64,000 bases of DNA, from positions 32,001 through 96,000 of the forward strand of contig JBKAGE010000041.1 in assembly GCA_046290225.1 (NCBI GenBank), in the 5' to 3' direction. This document shows positions 1 to 11,994 of this stretch, piece by piece. The notes under the pieces were generated by a model that saw only the letters and a program-made list of their open reading frames with translations, searched no databases and had not been told where the DNA came from. Both the position numbers and the translations under genes were made by a program. The DNA comes from Bradymonadia bacterium. GTDB lineage: Bacteria > Myxococcota_A > Bradymonadia > UBA7976 > UBA1532. Position 1 is the stretch's first letter. Each line of letters opens with the position of its first letter.

Positions 1-3000
1 CCGAGGTCGACGCTTTCGCCGGGATTGGGGGTACCGAGTGCACCTGTGCTGTTCGAGCCCCAGCACCTGACGGAGCCATCTTCGAGCAGTGCACACGTGG
101 CGAAGAGACCGGCGGCGACCTGAACCGCTCTGAGGCCGAGGGGTACAATGGGCAGGGCGTCGCCCATCTCGCCTGCTTCGTCCCCCACATGGCCAGAGCC
201 TGCAATCGCATCCGGGTTTCCGAGCTGGCCATAGTCGTTGTTGCCCCAGCATTTGACCGTGCCGTCGTCCAGGATGGCGCAGGTGTGCTTTCCGCCCGCG
301 TCGACCCGGACCGCTGTCCGGCCGGTGCCCAGGTCGACGGTGCCCAGGCGATCACCCATCTCGTTGGGGTTGTCACCTCGATCCTCGGTGTCGCCCAAGC
401 CCAGCTGACCGCTCGTGTTGCGGCCCCAGCACTTCACGCTGCCATCATCGAGCAGTGCGCAGGTGTGATAGTCGCCCGCTTCGATTTGCAGAGCGGTGGT
501 ACACCCAGGATCTTCGTCGATCTGGCCGTCGCAATCATTGTCGATGTTGTCGCCACAGATATCGGTCACGTCAGCGTTGATCACAACACACTCGACGCTG
601 GCGCCGACACACATCAACTGGCCCTGACAGACATTGTTGGCCCCCGTCGTACATGCATTGCCCACGTTGGCCACGTCGTCCACCGTGCCGTTGCAATCGT
701 CATCGAATCCGTTACATGTCTCGGCGCTGGGCGCGCTGGGCTGGCAGGCCAGAGCACCCGCCTCACACACAGTCGAGCCGTTGGCGCAGTTGCCTTCGGC
801 GCCGGCAGAGCAGTCGAGCCCCACATCGGCGACCTCCTCGTCGATCTGGCCGTCGCAGTCATCGTCGATGTTGTTGCACTGCTCTGAGCTGCCGGCGATC
901 CGCAGGGCATCACAGATCACGCCTGTGCCGTCGCCGTTGCACACCAGGGTGCCGTCAGAGGTACAGGCACCCGTGCCCACCGAGCACGGATCTCCGAGTT
1001 CATTGAGGAAGTCCTCGTCGATGGTGCCGTCACAGTCATCGTCCTCGCCATTGCACAGGTCGAGATCGTGCGGATCACACCCAGGGTTGTCGGTCTCTGG
1101 CAGTGGGGCGCCGATGGCCCGCAGCGCGATGCCCAGCTCGCTGTCGGCGCTGCTGCGGGCGCTGAGGTTGATCATGTGGAACTGCTGATCGCCCTGGGTG
1201 GACGCACAGAGTGTGGAGCCTGGGAGATCTCGAGGAGGCTGTACCTGAGGGCAGGCGCCCCAGGTGGGCTGGCCGTCGTGATCATTGAGGCGGCCGAGGT
1301 ATTCCCAGCCGAGAATGACCTCCACGGCGCTCGCGGTGCCGCTGGCCCGCGCCTCGTAGTCAGCGTCGTTGCAGATGAAGGCCACGGCGAGCTCGTCGTT
1401 GTAATCGATGATGCCGGAGAGACGCATGGGGCGGAACTGGCCATCAAAGCCCGTGGAGGTGCACCGCAGATCACCATCTTCACCGGCGAGGGCTGCAGGA
1501 CAGGGACCCCAGGCCTCCGTACCGTCCAGCGCTTCGCCCGCATCGCGTGACGATGCGCCGAGATAGAGCGCACAGTGATTCTGGAACCAGGCCGCCAGGC
1601 CGGGCTGCTCTGCGTCGCTGCAGGTGAAGGCCACGGCGAGGTGATCGCCATCTTGCAGCTCGTCAGTGACACCGAGAGCGCGGAAGCGATCGTCTCGTCG
1701 GGTCGACGTGCACCGTGTCTGGCCTTCGGTGTCGAGTGCGCTGAGCATGCACTCGCCAAACTCAGCCACCGGTCTGACTGCGAAGTCTTGCCCTGTGGCT
1801 TGACCGAGCCAGACCTCACAGTTGCGCGAGACGTACGTGCCGCAGCTGCTGCCCTCGTCGACGAGGCCATCACAGTCATCGTCGAAGTTGTTGCACAGCT
1901 CCTCTGAGGGGGCGCCGGCAACAGCGTTACATGCTGCTTCTCCCTCAGGGGTGCAGGTGATGGTGCCGCCTTGCTGGCAGAGCCCGACACCGGTCATGCA
2001 GAGCTCACCGAGCAGCGGGTAGTCTTCGTCGGTCTGCCCATCGCAGTCGTCGTCTGCGTCGTTGCACAGCTCGGCTTCAGGCCTTACTTCGCCCTCGCAC
2101 CCGCCCCATTGCCCCGCAGCGCATGTGCTGATGCCCTCGCGGCACTGGCCCGCACCTGCAGTGCCCTCAGGGCCGGTGTAGCAGGCTTGCGAGAGGCCCT
2201 CGTCAGTGTTGCCGTCGCAGTCCTCGTCATGGTTGTCGCAGGTCTCGTCGAACGCTCCAGGGGTGGCCTGAGGCACACAGATCATGCCCTGAGCGCCTTC
2301 ACAGCGGGTTCGACCCTGGGCGCAAACGCCGGCAGCGTCCGCGACACAGTCTTCGTCGAGACCGGTCAACGCATCATCAGCGAGGCCATTGCAGTCGTCA
2401 TCGAGGCCGTTGCACACCTCTGCGGCAGGTGCTCGGGGTGTGGCGTCGCAGGCTGATTCGCCTTCTGGCGTACAGGCCACGACCCCAAATGACAGACACT
2501 CACCCTGCCCCGCTTCACACGCCGCACCCAGCCCAAATCCCTCGTCCACACGGGTGTCACAGTCATTGTCCATGTTGTCGCACAGCTCAGGCGTCGGGGT
2601 GCAGATGGGTGTGTCAGGCTCACCGTCCCCGTCGCCATCCACGGGTTGCTCGATGACCTCGTTGGGCACGCCATCTCCGGTCGTGAATCTGAACGCCTCA
2701 GGCGCTTCGAGGACCAGGCCACCGAGAGACTGCAGGCCTGCTGCCAGGGAGATGGTGTAGGTGGTTTGCGGTGACAGTGCCTCAGTGGGGTCGAACGTCA
2801 CTTCGAAGCCAGAGCGTTGAGTCAGCACGAGGCCCTCGACTTGAACACCATCCGGGTCGAGCAGTTGCACATGATCCCGCAACCCATCTTCGCTCACAGG
2901 CCGGTTGAAGCGCGCTGTAATCGTGACATCGAGCGGCACCGCAGTGGCTTCGTGCTGGGGATCGAGGCGGGTGAGCTCGAGGGCCGTTGCGCTCGCATCA

Positions 3001-4076
3001 CCTGTGGGGGTCTCCCCCTCGATCTGGAATGTGGCGTCGAGCGATCTGCCCAGCATCCGCCCCTGATCATCTTCGAGCTCAGCATCGAGCACGAGGGCAT
3101 AGCGGCCCTCATGTCGCAGCGGAATCTGAGGCAAGAACTGCACATGTCGACCGTCATCGAGCAGCTGCACCCACGTCGGCACCTGAGTCTGCTCGTCGAG
3201 ATCCATCACACGCAGGCGCCCTGCGAGGATCGAGGTCGCCGACACCGGGTGTGTCAGCCAGACCTCGGGCACGATCGCCAGTGGCACATCGGTGGCTTCG
3301 GGCTTTGGATGCATCTTAAAGGGGAAGAACGGCAGCGTGTCGCTCTCTGAAGGCAAGGTGTCTTCATCACGCTCGAGGACATCATCGACACCATCACCGT
3401 CTGCATCGGGATCCTCACTGTTGGGGATCCCGTCGAGATCGGAGTCGAGGAGCGCATTGGGGTTGTTCTCCGAATTACAGATGGCGCCATTGGGGAGCAG
3501 GCCGCCGAGGTCGAGGGGCACACCGTCACCCTCGAGGGCGTCAATTTGCCTGCCGAAGACCCGACTCGATGACCCCAACCCAGAGCGAGGCCCTGCAGGA
3601 TCTCGCGACGAAGATCCAAGGCCAGCCCGAGCATCGAGGGGGAGCACCAGCAAAGGAGAGAGGCCCATGGTCTCAAGGGAGACAGGGAACATCAAAGATG
3701 AGACGAAGCTGCCTTCATTGAAGAGATACAGGGTGTAGGTGTGCCCACCAGGGAGCTCCAACGCCACCTGCCCTTCGGCGTCGAAGGGGGTTGAGAGCGG
3801 CTCGATGTCGGCACAGAAGGCCACCAGCTCCATGCCCGGGACGGCCTCTGGCAGCTGGGCCTGGATCACCCAGGGCTCTGGCGTGCCTGCGTCCAAATCA
3901 ACATGTACGCCACCATCGAGGTTGGCCCGTTGAGGCACCCCCTCGTCGTACAGCCCGGCCTCGGGCACCCCGGTTTCGCCGTGTACCCCTACCTCTTTCT
4001 TGCCCAGATCCGTCGCCTCACAGGCGAGAAGGGCGGTGGAGAGGAAGGCGCTCCAGAGCAGTGTCGACGTACGCAT
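1..4076 (-). CDS. Large Cys-rich surface lipoprotein (3' end beyond window): Big_5-type Ig domain, many C-x-G-x-D-x-D-C-D-G metal-binding repeats, C-terminal RCC1-like repeats
   Basis: Not in ORF track (no stop in window). Manual translation: ATG at 4076 gives MRTSTLLWSAFLSTALLAC (lipobox); the same frame at the window edge reads CWGSNSTGALG (RCC1-like); ~2680-2980 reads LDPQHEATAVPLDVTITARFNRPV...FDPTEALSPQTTYTISL (Big_5-like). Frame checked at both ends and sampled internally, not at every codon. Confidence 0.85.
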   Translation of the reverse strand, partial: MRTSTLLWSAFLSTALLACEATDLGKKEVGVHGETGVPEAGLYDEGVPQRANLDGGVHVDLDAGTPEPWVIQAQLPEAVPGMELVAFCADIEPLSTPFDAEGQVALELPGGHTYTLYLFNEGSFVSSLMFPVSLETMGLSPLLVLPLDARAGLGSSSRDPAGPRSGLGSSSRVFGRQIDALEGDGVPLDLGGLLPNGAICNSENNPNALLDSDLDGIPNSEDPDADGDGVDDVLERDEDTLPSESDTLPFFPFKMHPKPEATDVPLAIVPEVWLTHPVSATSILAGRLRVMDLDEQTQVPTWVQLLDDGRHVQFLPQIPLRHEGRYALVLDAELEDDQGRMLGRSLDATFQIEGETPTGDASATALELTRLDPQHEATAVPLDVTITARFNRPVSEDGLRDHVQLLDPDGVQVEGLVLTQRSGFEVTFDPTEALSPQTTYTISLAAGLQSLGGLVLEAPEAFRFTTGDGVPNEVIEQPVDGDGDGEPDTPICTPTPELCDNMDNDCDTRVDEGFGLGAACEAGQGECLSFGVVACTPEGESACDATPRAPAAEVCNGLDDDCNGLADDALTGLDEDCVADAAGVCAQGRTRCEGAQGMICVPQATPGAFDETCDNHDEDCDGNTDEGLSQACYTGPEGTAGAGQCREGISTCAAGQWGGCEGEVRPEAELCNDADDDCDGQTDEDYPLLGELCMTGVGLCQQGGTITCTPEGEAACNAVAGAPSEELCNNFDDDCDGLVDEGSSCGTYVSRNCEVWLGQATGQDFAVRPVAEFGECMLSALDTEGQTRCTSTRRDDRFRALGVTDELQDGDHLAVAFTCSDAEQPGLAAWFQNHCALYLGASSRDAGEALDGTEAWGPCPAALAGEDGDLRCTSTGFDGQFRPMRLSGIIDYNDELAVAFICNDADYEARASGTASAVEVILGWEYLGRLNDHDGQPTWGACPQVQPPRDLPGSTLCASTQGDQQFHMINLSARSSADSELGIALRAIGAPLPETDNPGCDPHDLDLCNGEDDDCDGTIDEDFLNELGDPCSVGTGACTSDGTLVCNGDGTGVICDALRIAGSSEQCNNIDDDCDGQIDEEVADVGLDCSAGAEGNCANGSTVCEAGALACQPSAPSAETCNGFDDDCNGTVDDVANVGNACTTGANNVCQGQLMCVGASVECVVINADVTDICGDNIDNDCDGQIDEDPGCTTALQIEAGDYHTCALLDDGSVKCWGRNTSGQLGLGDTEDRGDNPNEMGDRLGTVDLGTGRTAVRVDAGGKHTCAILDDGTVKCWGNNDYGQLGNPDAIAGSGHVGDEAGEMGDALPIVPLGLRAVQVAAGLFATCALLEDGSVRCWGSNSTGALGTPNPGESVDL

Positions 4077-4334
4077 ATGTCAGAGTCCGAATTCGAGACA
4101 TCGACACAGAGAGCGGGTGGTTCAGACATGCCCTGGAAAGGGTGGGTTTGAGGGATGGGTCAGTTTGACGATGAGCCCTCAAGATGGTCGCTTTCATGTG
4201 AAGCGCGAGAGTGCCCGCAGCTTCTCCCTCATGACGTTCCATGCCAGTGAGGCTCATCGTATTTGAAGAGGAAAGCTGCTCAGCGATGCCCGAGCTACGC
4301 CGCGCATCGAAAGCGCGACAGATAAGAAAAGCAG

Positions 4335-4700
4335 TGGAGGTGCCGGGAATCGAACCCGGGTCCGCAAGTGGTCCACAACGTGGCGTCTACATGCTTAGTT
4401 TCGTGTTTTGAATTCCCCGAAGAGGCGCCCACGATCAGGCTCCTCTCCAAGTAGATCTCTGAAAAATCTCACTCCACCGGCCAGTGACCACACCGGTGAA
4501 GCCAGCCTGCTAATTTTGATGTCCCGAAGCGCCCGCAAGCACTGCTCTTCAGAACAACTCTCACTGCTTAATTAAGCGGCGAGAGCGAGCTCAACGTCGT
4601 CGTTGGCAATTGTGTTTTTCAAGCCTTTACTAACGCGCTGACCTGGAAGCGCGACATGCGACCACGGCTTCAACACCCACGTCGAAACCTTGTCACCCCC
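4335..4700 (-). ncRNA. ssrA: tmRNA; tag peptide ANDDVELALAA* at 4607-4572
   Basis: 5' GGGGGTGACAAGGTTTCGAC, 3' T-arm CCCGGGTTCGATTCCCGGCACCTCCA, internal tag ORF ending ALAA-TAA; adjacent to smpB. Confidence 0.97.
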
Positions 4701-4746
4701 ACATGTCAAAGATCATGAACGCCCACAAAGGGCTGATCTGCAGCGA

Positions 4747-4775
4747 ACCGTAAGGACCCACCCAGACCCTGTCAA
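4747..4775 (-). promoter_or_regulatory. sigma70-type promoter for ssrA
   Basis: TTGACA-17 nt-TACGGT on the minus strand, ~47 nt upstream of the mature tmRNA 5' end. Confidence 0.65.
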
Positions 4776-4794
4776 GCTGCACTCATACCAACAC

Positions 4795-5262
4795 TCAGAA
4801 GCGCTCGCGGATTTGGCGCATCTCACGACGGTCTGTCTTTTCACGTGCAGCCTGGCGTTTGTCATGCAGCTTGCGCCCCTTGCCGAGGCCCAATTCCAGC
4901 TTCACCCGTCCACGCTTGAAGTAGAGCTGCAATGGCACCGCAGTAAAGCCCTTCTCAGCAATGCGGCTTTCAATCCGAGCGATCTCATGCAGGTGAAGCA
5001 ACAGCTTACGCGGCCGCGTCGGCTCATGATTGAAGAACGATCCGTGCTCGTACTCCGGGATGTGCACCCCAAAGAGCCAGATCTCCCCACCCTTCACCTG
5101 GATAAACCCCCCCGTGAGGGTCACTTTCCCCTCACGCAGGGTCTTCACCTCGGTCCCCTGAAGCACCAAACCCGCCTCAAAAGTATCCGAGATCTCGTAC
5201 TCATGACGGGCTTTGCGCCAAGAGGCGATCACCTTCCGCCCGTCACCAGATTGAGTACCCAT
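4795..5262 (-). CDS. smpB: SsrA-binding protein
   Basis: RKARHEY..DTFEAGLVLQGTEVKTLR, RPRKLLLH, GKGRKLHDKR motifs. Confidence 0.97.
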   Translation of the reverse strand: MGTQSGDGRKVIASWRKARHEYEISDTFEAGLVLQGTEVKTLREGKVTLTGGFIQVKGGEIWLFGVHIPEYEHGSFFNHEPTRPRKLLLHLHEIARIESRIAEKGFTAVPLQLYFKRGRVKLELGLGKGRKLHDKRQAAREKTDRREMRQIRERF

Positions 5263-5443
5263 CAAAGCTCTCCCACAGTGTCTTTTCAGAGCCTACCCTT
5301 CGGGCGCTTCTGCGCTCCTCCGGCTTCGCCTCTGTCGACTCCGAAGCGTCTGGCCACAGGCCAGACAGGCTCTCTGCCCAAAAAAACTCTCCACCCAAAC
5401 CCCTCAAAGGTCTTCAGCCCAACGCCAAAGACAGCAGTGCGGA

Positions 5444-5644
5444 GCGAGGTTGGGGGTCAACCGGCCCGGATCGCGCAGGGCAGCGCCGCGAGACGGCGTG
5501 AAAAAAGCGCAGGGATGGCCGGAGGCCCTCTCGAGCATTTTTTCGCGTCGTCTCGTGGTGCTGAGCAAGCGAGGCGGGTCGGTTGACCCCCAACCTCGCG
5601 GAGCGAAAGGCGAGGCGGGTTGGTTTGACCATCACCTCGCGGAG
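5444..5644 (+). repeat. ~155-nt imperfect inverted repeat (5444-5599) plus a degenerate direct copy of its right end (5610-5644)
   Basis: GCGAGGTTGGGGGTCAACCGGCCCG ... CGGGTCGGTTGACCCCCAACCTCGC with inner arms CAGCGCCGCGAGACGGCGTGAAAAAA / TTTTTTCGCGTCGTCTCGTGGTGCTG. Confidence 0.85.
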
Positions 5645-5663
5645 AAAAGAGAAGCAGGCCTGC

Positions 5664-6036
<373 letters not shown>

Positions 6037-6044
<8 letters not shown>

Positions 6045-6792
6045 ACAGACCCACCTCGGGATCTATCTCCACCACCCCGTTGAGGGCGGCAGGGTAGTAC
6101 AGGAGACGCTTGCAGTTGGAGCAGCTCTCCATCGTTTCGAGCTTGTTGAGGCGGATGAACTGCTGAGGGGGCACCGCCATGTTGCAGGCCGTGCACGTGC
6201 CCTCTTCAGTGACCGCCACCAGAGCCAGGCCGTTGCGGCCACGGGCGATGCGATCGTAGCGGGCCATCTCCGGCTTCGGCAGCTTCGCGCGGATCTCCTC
6301 GCGGCGGGTGTTGTGCTCCGCCGCCTGGCCCTTGCGCTCGGTGAGCTCCGCCTCGAGCTTGGCCACCGCCTCGTCCATCTTGGTCTTCAGCGCGTCGCGC
6401 TCCGCCACGCGGCGGTCGTGCTCCGCCTGAGCCTCGGCCACCTGCTCATTGAGCTGCTTGAGCTCTTCCTGGCGCTGCGTGTTGGCGCGGCGCAGGTTGT
6501 CGAGCTCTTTCGTCAGGGCGTTGAGCTCGCGCTGATTGGTCACCGAGGTGATGCGGGACTTCGAGCGGGCGAGGTTGGACTCCGTCTCTTGGAGGTTCTT
6601 CTCGCGCTCCCCGTGAAAGGCTCGGGTCTCTTCTATTTGAGCTTCGGACTTCTGCAACATGACCGCGAAGACCTCGAGGCCTTTGGCGTTGTCCGCCTGC
6701 ACCTTCGTCAGACGGGCCTCTGCCGCCCTCAGCTCGCGCATCGAATCATCGATGGCTTGAAGGTCGACCAGCATGCTCAGAATCTCTCTCAC
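6037..6792 (-). CDS. Coiled-coil protein with C-terminal C4 zinc ribbon (DUF164/CT398-like)
   Basis: LVDLQAID N-terminus, long coiled coil, CTACNM...CSNCKRLLY; GTG start at 6792 with GGAG SD. Confidence 0.9.
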
Positions 6793-6853
6793 GGCTGAAG
6801 CTCCACTCGGTACCGGATTTGTGTGGTGTGGATGCACGATCCACCGCGCTCAG

Positions 6854-6927
6854 TGGGCCCACTAGGACTCGAACCTAGAACCAACGGTGTATGAGACCGC
6901 TGCTCTAACCAATTGAGCTATAGGCCC
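6854..6927 (-). tRNA. tRNA with CAT anticodon, most likely tRNA-Ile2
   Basis: GGGCCTATAGCTCAATTGGTTAGAGCAGCGGT-CTCATAC-ACCGTTGGTTCTAGGTTCGAGTCCTAGTGGGCCCA; Ile-like acceptor stem, no initiator features; CCA not encoded. Confidence 0.9.
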
Positions 6928-6934
6928 AGTGACG

Positions 6935-6965
6935 CCTGCCCTGAGGCAAACACCCTCAGGGCAGG
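6935..6965. other. 12-bp perfect stem-loop between rpoD and the tRNA
   Basis: CCTGCCCTGAGG-7 nt-CCTCAGGGCAGG; no U tract, so more likely a stabilising or processing stem than a terminator. Confidence 0.6.
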
Positions 6966-6983
6966 GACGGCGGTACTCTACAC

Positions 6984-8720
<1,737 letters not shown>

Positions 8721-10796
8721 TCAGCCTGCTCCCTGGGGAGGTGTCTGCGGATCCGAAGCTTCACCGCGAAGGTGGCGGTTGTAAGCGTCGGTGGCCGCTT
8801 TGAGTTCGTCGTATGCTGCTCTGAAGAGGTCAGCGTCTTGTGATGCACGGGCGTCGAGCAACTTCTGGCTGGCCTCTTCTTTCCTTCGCTTCAAGTAACG
8901 AGCTCTGAGTCGTCGCAGGCTGGTGTCGATGGCCGCAGTGATGCTCTCTTCAGTCTGAGTAGGTCCGCGCTCCATGAATCCCGCCAGGGTTCGGGAGAGA
9001 GCACGCTCTTCTATTTGCATCAACAAGCGGTCTTCGTTGGGTACCTGTCCAGATGCCACAGCGTCGTAAAGGCACGAAACAAAACCAGCCAGACCTGAGT
9101 GAGTCAAGCACTCCAAGCCACCATTTGACCTGAAGTGCATGACCACATGTGGGTATTGAAGAATCATATCAACCACATGCAGCTCATCGGCTGGCGGCGG
9201 GGCAGAGCCTTTGTTGGGGTCAATCCACCCGGGACTTCCAGCCCCACCGGGGCCCATGGACCCCGGAGCAGCCATGTCGAAGTGGCCCTCGAAGCCGTCG
9301 GTTTCGGTCTCCTCATAAGGTCCGTCATCGAAAATGTGATGCTCGAAACCATCATGAGGCGTCAACTCGGTGGTCGATTCTGACCCTTCTTGCCCCTCGG
9401 CCTGCTTTCGTCGGCGGGCTGCGGCCTCGCGTTTGGCCTGTCGCTCCGCCTCTTTGCGTTTTTGATCACGATGCCCCTTCAGCGCGAGATCGAGCATGGC
9501 CTCGTCGACGCTGAAGGTGGTGGTGATCTTCTTGAGGTACATCGCCCGGGTGATGGGCTCCGAGAGGGCGTCGAAGGCCGGCACCACCGCCTTGAGGGCC
9601 TCGGCGCGGCCCACAGGATCTTTGGGGTGGCTGGTGTCGAGGTGTTCGATCAGCTGATCGAGCAGAGGGCTCGCCTGCTCGAGCAGGCCGATCAGAATCT
9701 GGCGCCCCTCGCTCTTGAGGAACGTATCCGGGTCGTGCCCCGTGGGCAGCATGACCGCTCGGGGCTGCAGGCCCTCTTCGAGGAAGGTGAGCAGGCTGCC
9801 GAATGCCGCCTTCCGGCCGGCGTCGTCGCCGTCCATCACGACGTACAGCTCGCTGGAGAGCCGCTTGATCTTCCGAGCCTGACTCGCAGTGAGGGCGGTG
9901 CCCAGGGCGGCGCAGGCGTTCTGCAAACCGGCCTGCCAGAGGGCCACCACGTCGAGGTTGCCCTCGCAGACGATGACCCGGCCACTCTGCCGGGCCATCT
10001 GCTTTGCCTGCCAGCCCCCGTAGAGATGATCGCCCTTGGTGTAGACCGGGGTCTCGGGGCTGTTGATGTACTTCGCCGCCTTGGTGTGCTTGTCGATGAT
10101 GCGGCCGCTGAAGCCCACCACCTCGCCGCTGAGGTCGATGACCGGGAACATCACCCGCTCTCGAAAGCGCAGGTAGCCGCCGCCGAGGGGCTGCTCCGGG
10201 TCCCAGCCCTCTTCAGGCTTCACCACGATGCCCAGCAACTCGAGATCGGCCACGCTGGCGTCTTCTTGCTCGTCGAGCCAGGCCTGCATAGCTTTCTTGT
10301 CGCCGGTGGCCCAGCCGAGGCGGAAGGCCTTCACGGCGCTGTTCTTGATGCTCCGGGTGCGCAGGTATTGCCGGCCCCGGGCGCCGCGGGGGCCGTAGAG
10401 GGTGTCGCTGTAGTACAGCGTCAGTCGATCTTGAATCGTCAGCAGCCGCGCCTCGAGGCTCTTCTTCTCTTTGCGGGCGGTCTTCTCTTCTTCGCTGATG
10501 CGCCGGGGCTCCGGCACGGCCACACCGTAGCGGGCCCCGAGGTGGCGCACCGCCTCGGGGAAGCTCATACCCTCGGTTTCCATCACGAACTTGATGCTGT
10601 GGCCGTGAGCGCCGCAGCCGAAGCAGTGATAGGTGTTCTGAGTGGGGTAGACGACGAAGGAGGGCGTGTTCTCGGAATGGAAGGGGCAGCACCCCTTCAT
10701 CAGAGTGCCCGCCTTCTTCACCGTGGTGACTTGGTTCACAAGCTCGACCAGATCGGCCCGTTCGAGCACCTCGGTGATGACTTCGTCTGGGATCAC
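8721..10796 (-). CDS. dnaG: DNA primase
   Basis: CPFH..CFGC zinc finger, KYINSPETP, TOPRIM EGNLD / DGDDAG; directly upstream of rpoD. Confidence 0.97.
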   Translation of the reverse strand: MIPDEVITEVLERADLVELVNQVTTVKKAGTLMKGCCPFHSENTPSFVVYPTQNTYHCFGCGAHGHSIKFVMETEGMSFPEAVRHLGARYGVAVPEPRRISEEEKTARKEKKSLEARLLTIQDRLTLYYSDTLYGPRGARGRQYLRTRSIKNSAVKAFRLGWATGDKKAMQAWLDEQEDASVADLELLGIVVKPEEGWDPEQPLGGGYLRFRERVMFPVIDLSGEVVGFSGRIIDKHTKAAKYINSPETPVYTKGDHLYGGWQAKQMARQSGRVIVCEGNLDVVALWQAGLQNACAALGTALTASQARKIKRLSSELYVVMDGDDAGRKAAFGSLLTFLEEGLQPRAVMLPTGHDPDTFLKSEGRQILIGLLEQASPLLDQLIEHLDTSHPKDPVGRAEALKAVVPAFDALSEPITRAMYLKKITTTFSVDEAMLDLALKGHRDQKRKEAERQAKREAAARRRKQAEGQEGSESTTELTPHDGFEHHIFDDGPYEETETDGFEGHFDMAAPGSMGPGGAGSPGWIDPNKGSAPPPADELHVVDMILQYPHVVMHFRSNGGLECLTHSGLAGFVSCLYDAVASGQVPNEDRLLMQIEERALSRTLAGFMERGPTQTEESITAAIDTSLRRLRARYLKRRKEEASQKLLDARASQDADLFRAAYDELKAATDAYNRHLRGEASDPQTPPQGAG

Positions 10797-10862
10797 GGCG
10801 TCGCGCTTACTGTCGAGAGTGCTGTCGAGCTTGCTCGGAGCAAAGACTGCTGAAGAGTTCTC

Positions 10863-10890
10863 AGCGTAACGGGACAGGTGGGTGAGTCAA
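10863..10890 (-). promoter_or_regulatory. Possible sigma70 promoter for dnaG-rpoD
   Basis: TTGACT-16 nt-TACGCT on the minus strand, ~65 nt upstream of the dnaG start. Confidence 0.45.
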
Positions 10891-10923
10891 GGGCCCACGG
10901 CCCTCGGGGTGAGGTGGCCCGGC

Positions 10924-11847
10924 TCAGGCCTCTTCGCTCTCCGCGAGGTAGTATTCCTGGCGGTCGATGCGGTGGCCCTTGAAGTGACCGCGGAAGCGCT
11001 CCATGAGGGCCTTGCTGGTGCGGTGCAGGGGCAGCTGAATGAAGGGGCGCAGGTTGCGACGCTCCACGCCGACGTAGAACGCCTCGGCATCCTTGCCGTC
11101 CATCTTGCCGGCCCACACCGCCCGCAGGAACACCTGATCGAAGTCCTCGGGCTCGGGGGGCAGCAGGGCGATGAAGCGGCGCACCCAGCCGATGTCGCGA
11201 TCGGCGAAGCGGGCCCGCAGGCCGCTGCGGGTGCGCTCATAGCCTTCTTCCTCGGCGAGCAGCTCGTTGAGGCCGTCGAGAGAAGCAGGGTGGGCGAAGT
11301 TGATCTCCACCTCGAGATCGAGCCGGCTGTCCTCGAGGTTGAGGCTCTTGCGGTCCTGGATGTGGTTGATGTTGTCACCGATCCACTGGAAGGCCCGGAA
11401 GAACAGGTTCCAGACGTCTTCGAGATCCATCACCGGGGGGTAATCGGCCTCTTCGTCGTCATAGAAGTAGTGAAAACCCACCGAGGGCCCCGAGTGGAAC
11501 CGGCAGCCCTTCTGGTTCTGCCAGTTGAAGCCGTAGAGGGCACCAGCGGTGCGGCTGGCCATGCCCACGGCGTCTTTCACCTCTTTGTCTTCGAAGAGGT
11601 CGAGATCATCCGAGAAGACGTACAGGTTGCGATCAGAGTCGCGCAGCTCGACGAGGCCGCCCTCGTCTCCCTCGATGGTGAAGACCACCGAGCGCTCGTC
11701 CCATGCCGCGGCGATGTCATCGCCCTGGTAGTACAACTCGCCGTCTTCTTCGCTGTAGACGAGCCCTTCCTCTTTCAGGAAGGTGCGGACTTTGCCGACC
11801 CACTCGAGGAAGTTGAAATCCTTGGGATCGACGACGTAGAACTCCAT
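10924..11847 (-). CDS. Acidic hypothetical protein
   Basis: GC3-biased ORF; ATG 11847 (MEFYVVDP) with GGGGAG SD; no family recognised. Confidence 0.75.
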   Translation of the reverse strand: MEFYVVDPKDFNFLEWVGKVRTFLKEEGLVYSEEDGELYYQGDDIAAAWDERSVVFTIEGDEGGLVELRDSDRNLYVFSDDLDLFEDKEVKDAVGMASRTAGALYGFNWQNQKGCRFHSGPSVGFHYFYDDEEADYPPVMDLEDVWNLFFRAFQWIGDNINHIQDRKSLNLEDSRLDLEVEINFAHPASLDGLNELLAEEEGYERTRSGLRARFADRDIGWVRRFIALLPPEPEDFDQVFLRAVWAGKMDGKDAEAFYVGVERRNLRPFIQLPLHRTSKALMERFRGHFKGHRIDRQEYYLAESEEA

Positions 11848-11994
11848 GTAGCTCCCCAGGTCTCCGGGCACAAAAGGGAGCGGATATTATGCCATCGCCT
11901 TCCTCAGGGCAACCGGCCCTGGGCTCACCCTTGTAATTCGTGTGTAAAACACGCACCCTCTGCCTCCTCAAAGACATGAAAGTCGGAGCAGATC

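Noticed and set aside
189..3760. Many plus-strand and off-frame ORFs in the track
   Set aside because: Shadows of the long minus-strand gene 1-4076, which has a lipobox and recognisable domains.
6854..6927. Calling the CAT tRNA initiator or elongator Met
   Set aside because: Paired 1:72, no GGG/CCC anticodon stem, and an Ile-type acceptor stem; Ile2 is more likely though not proven.
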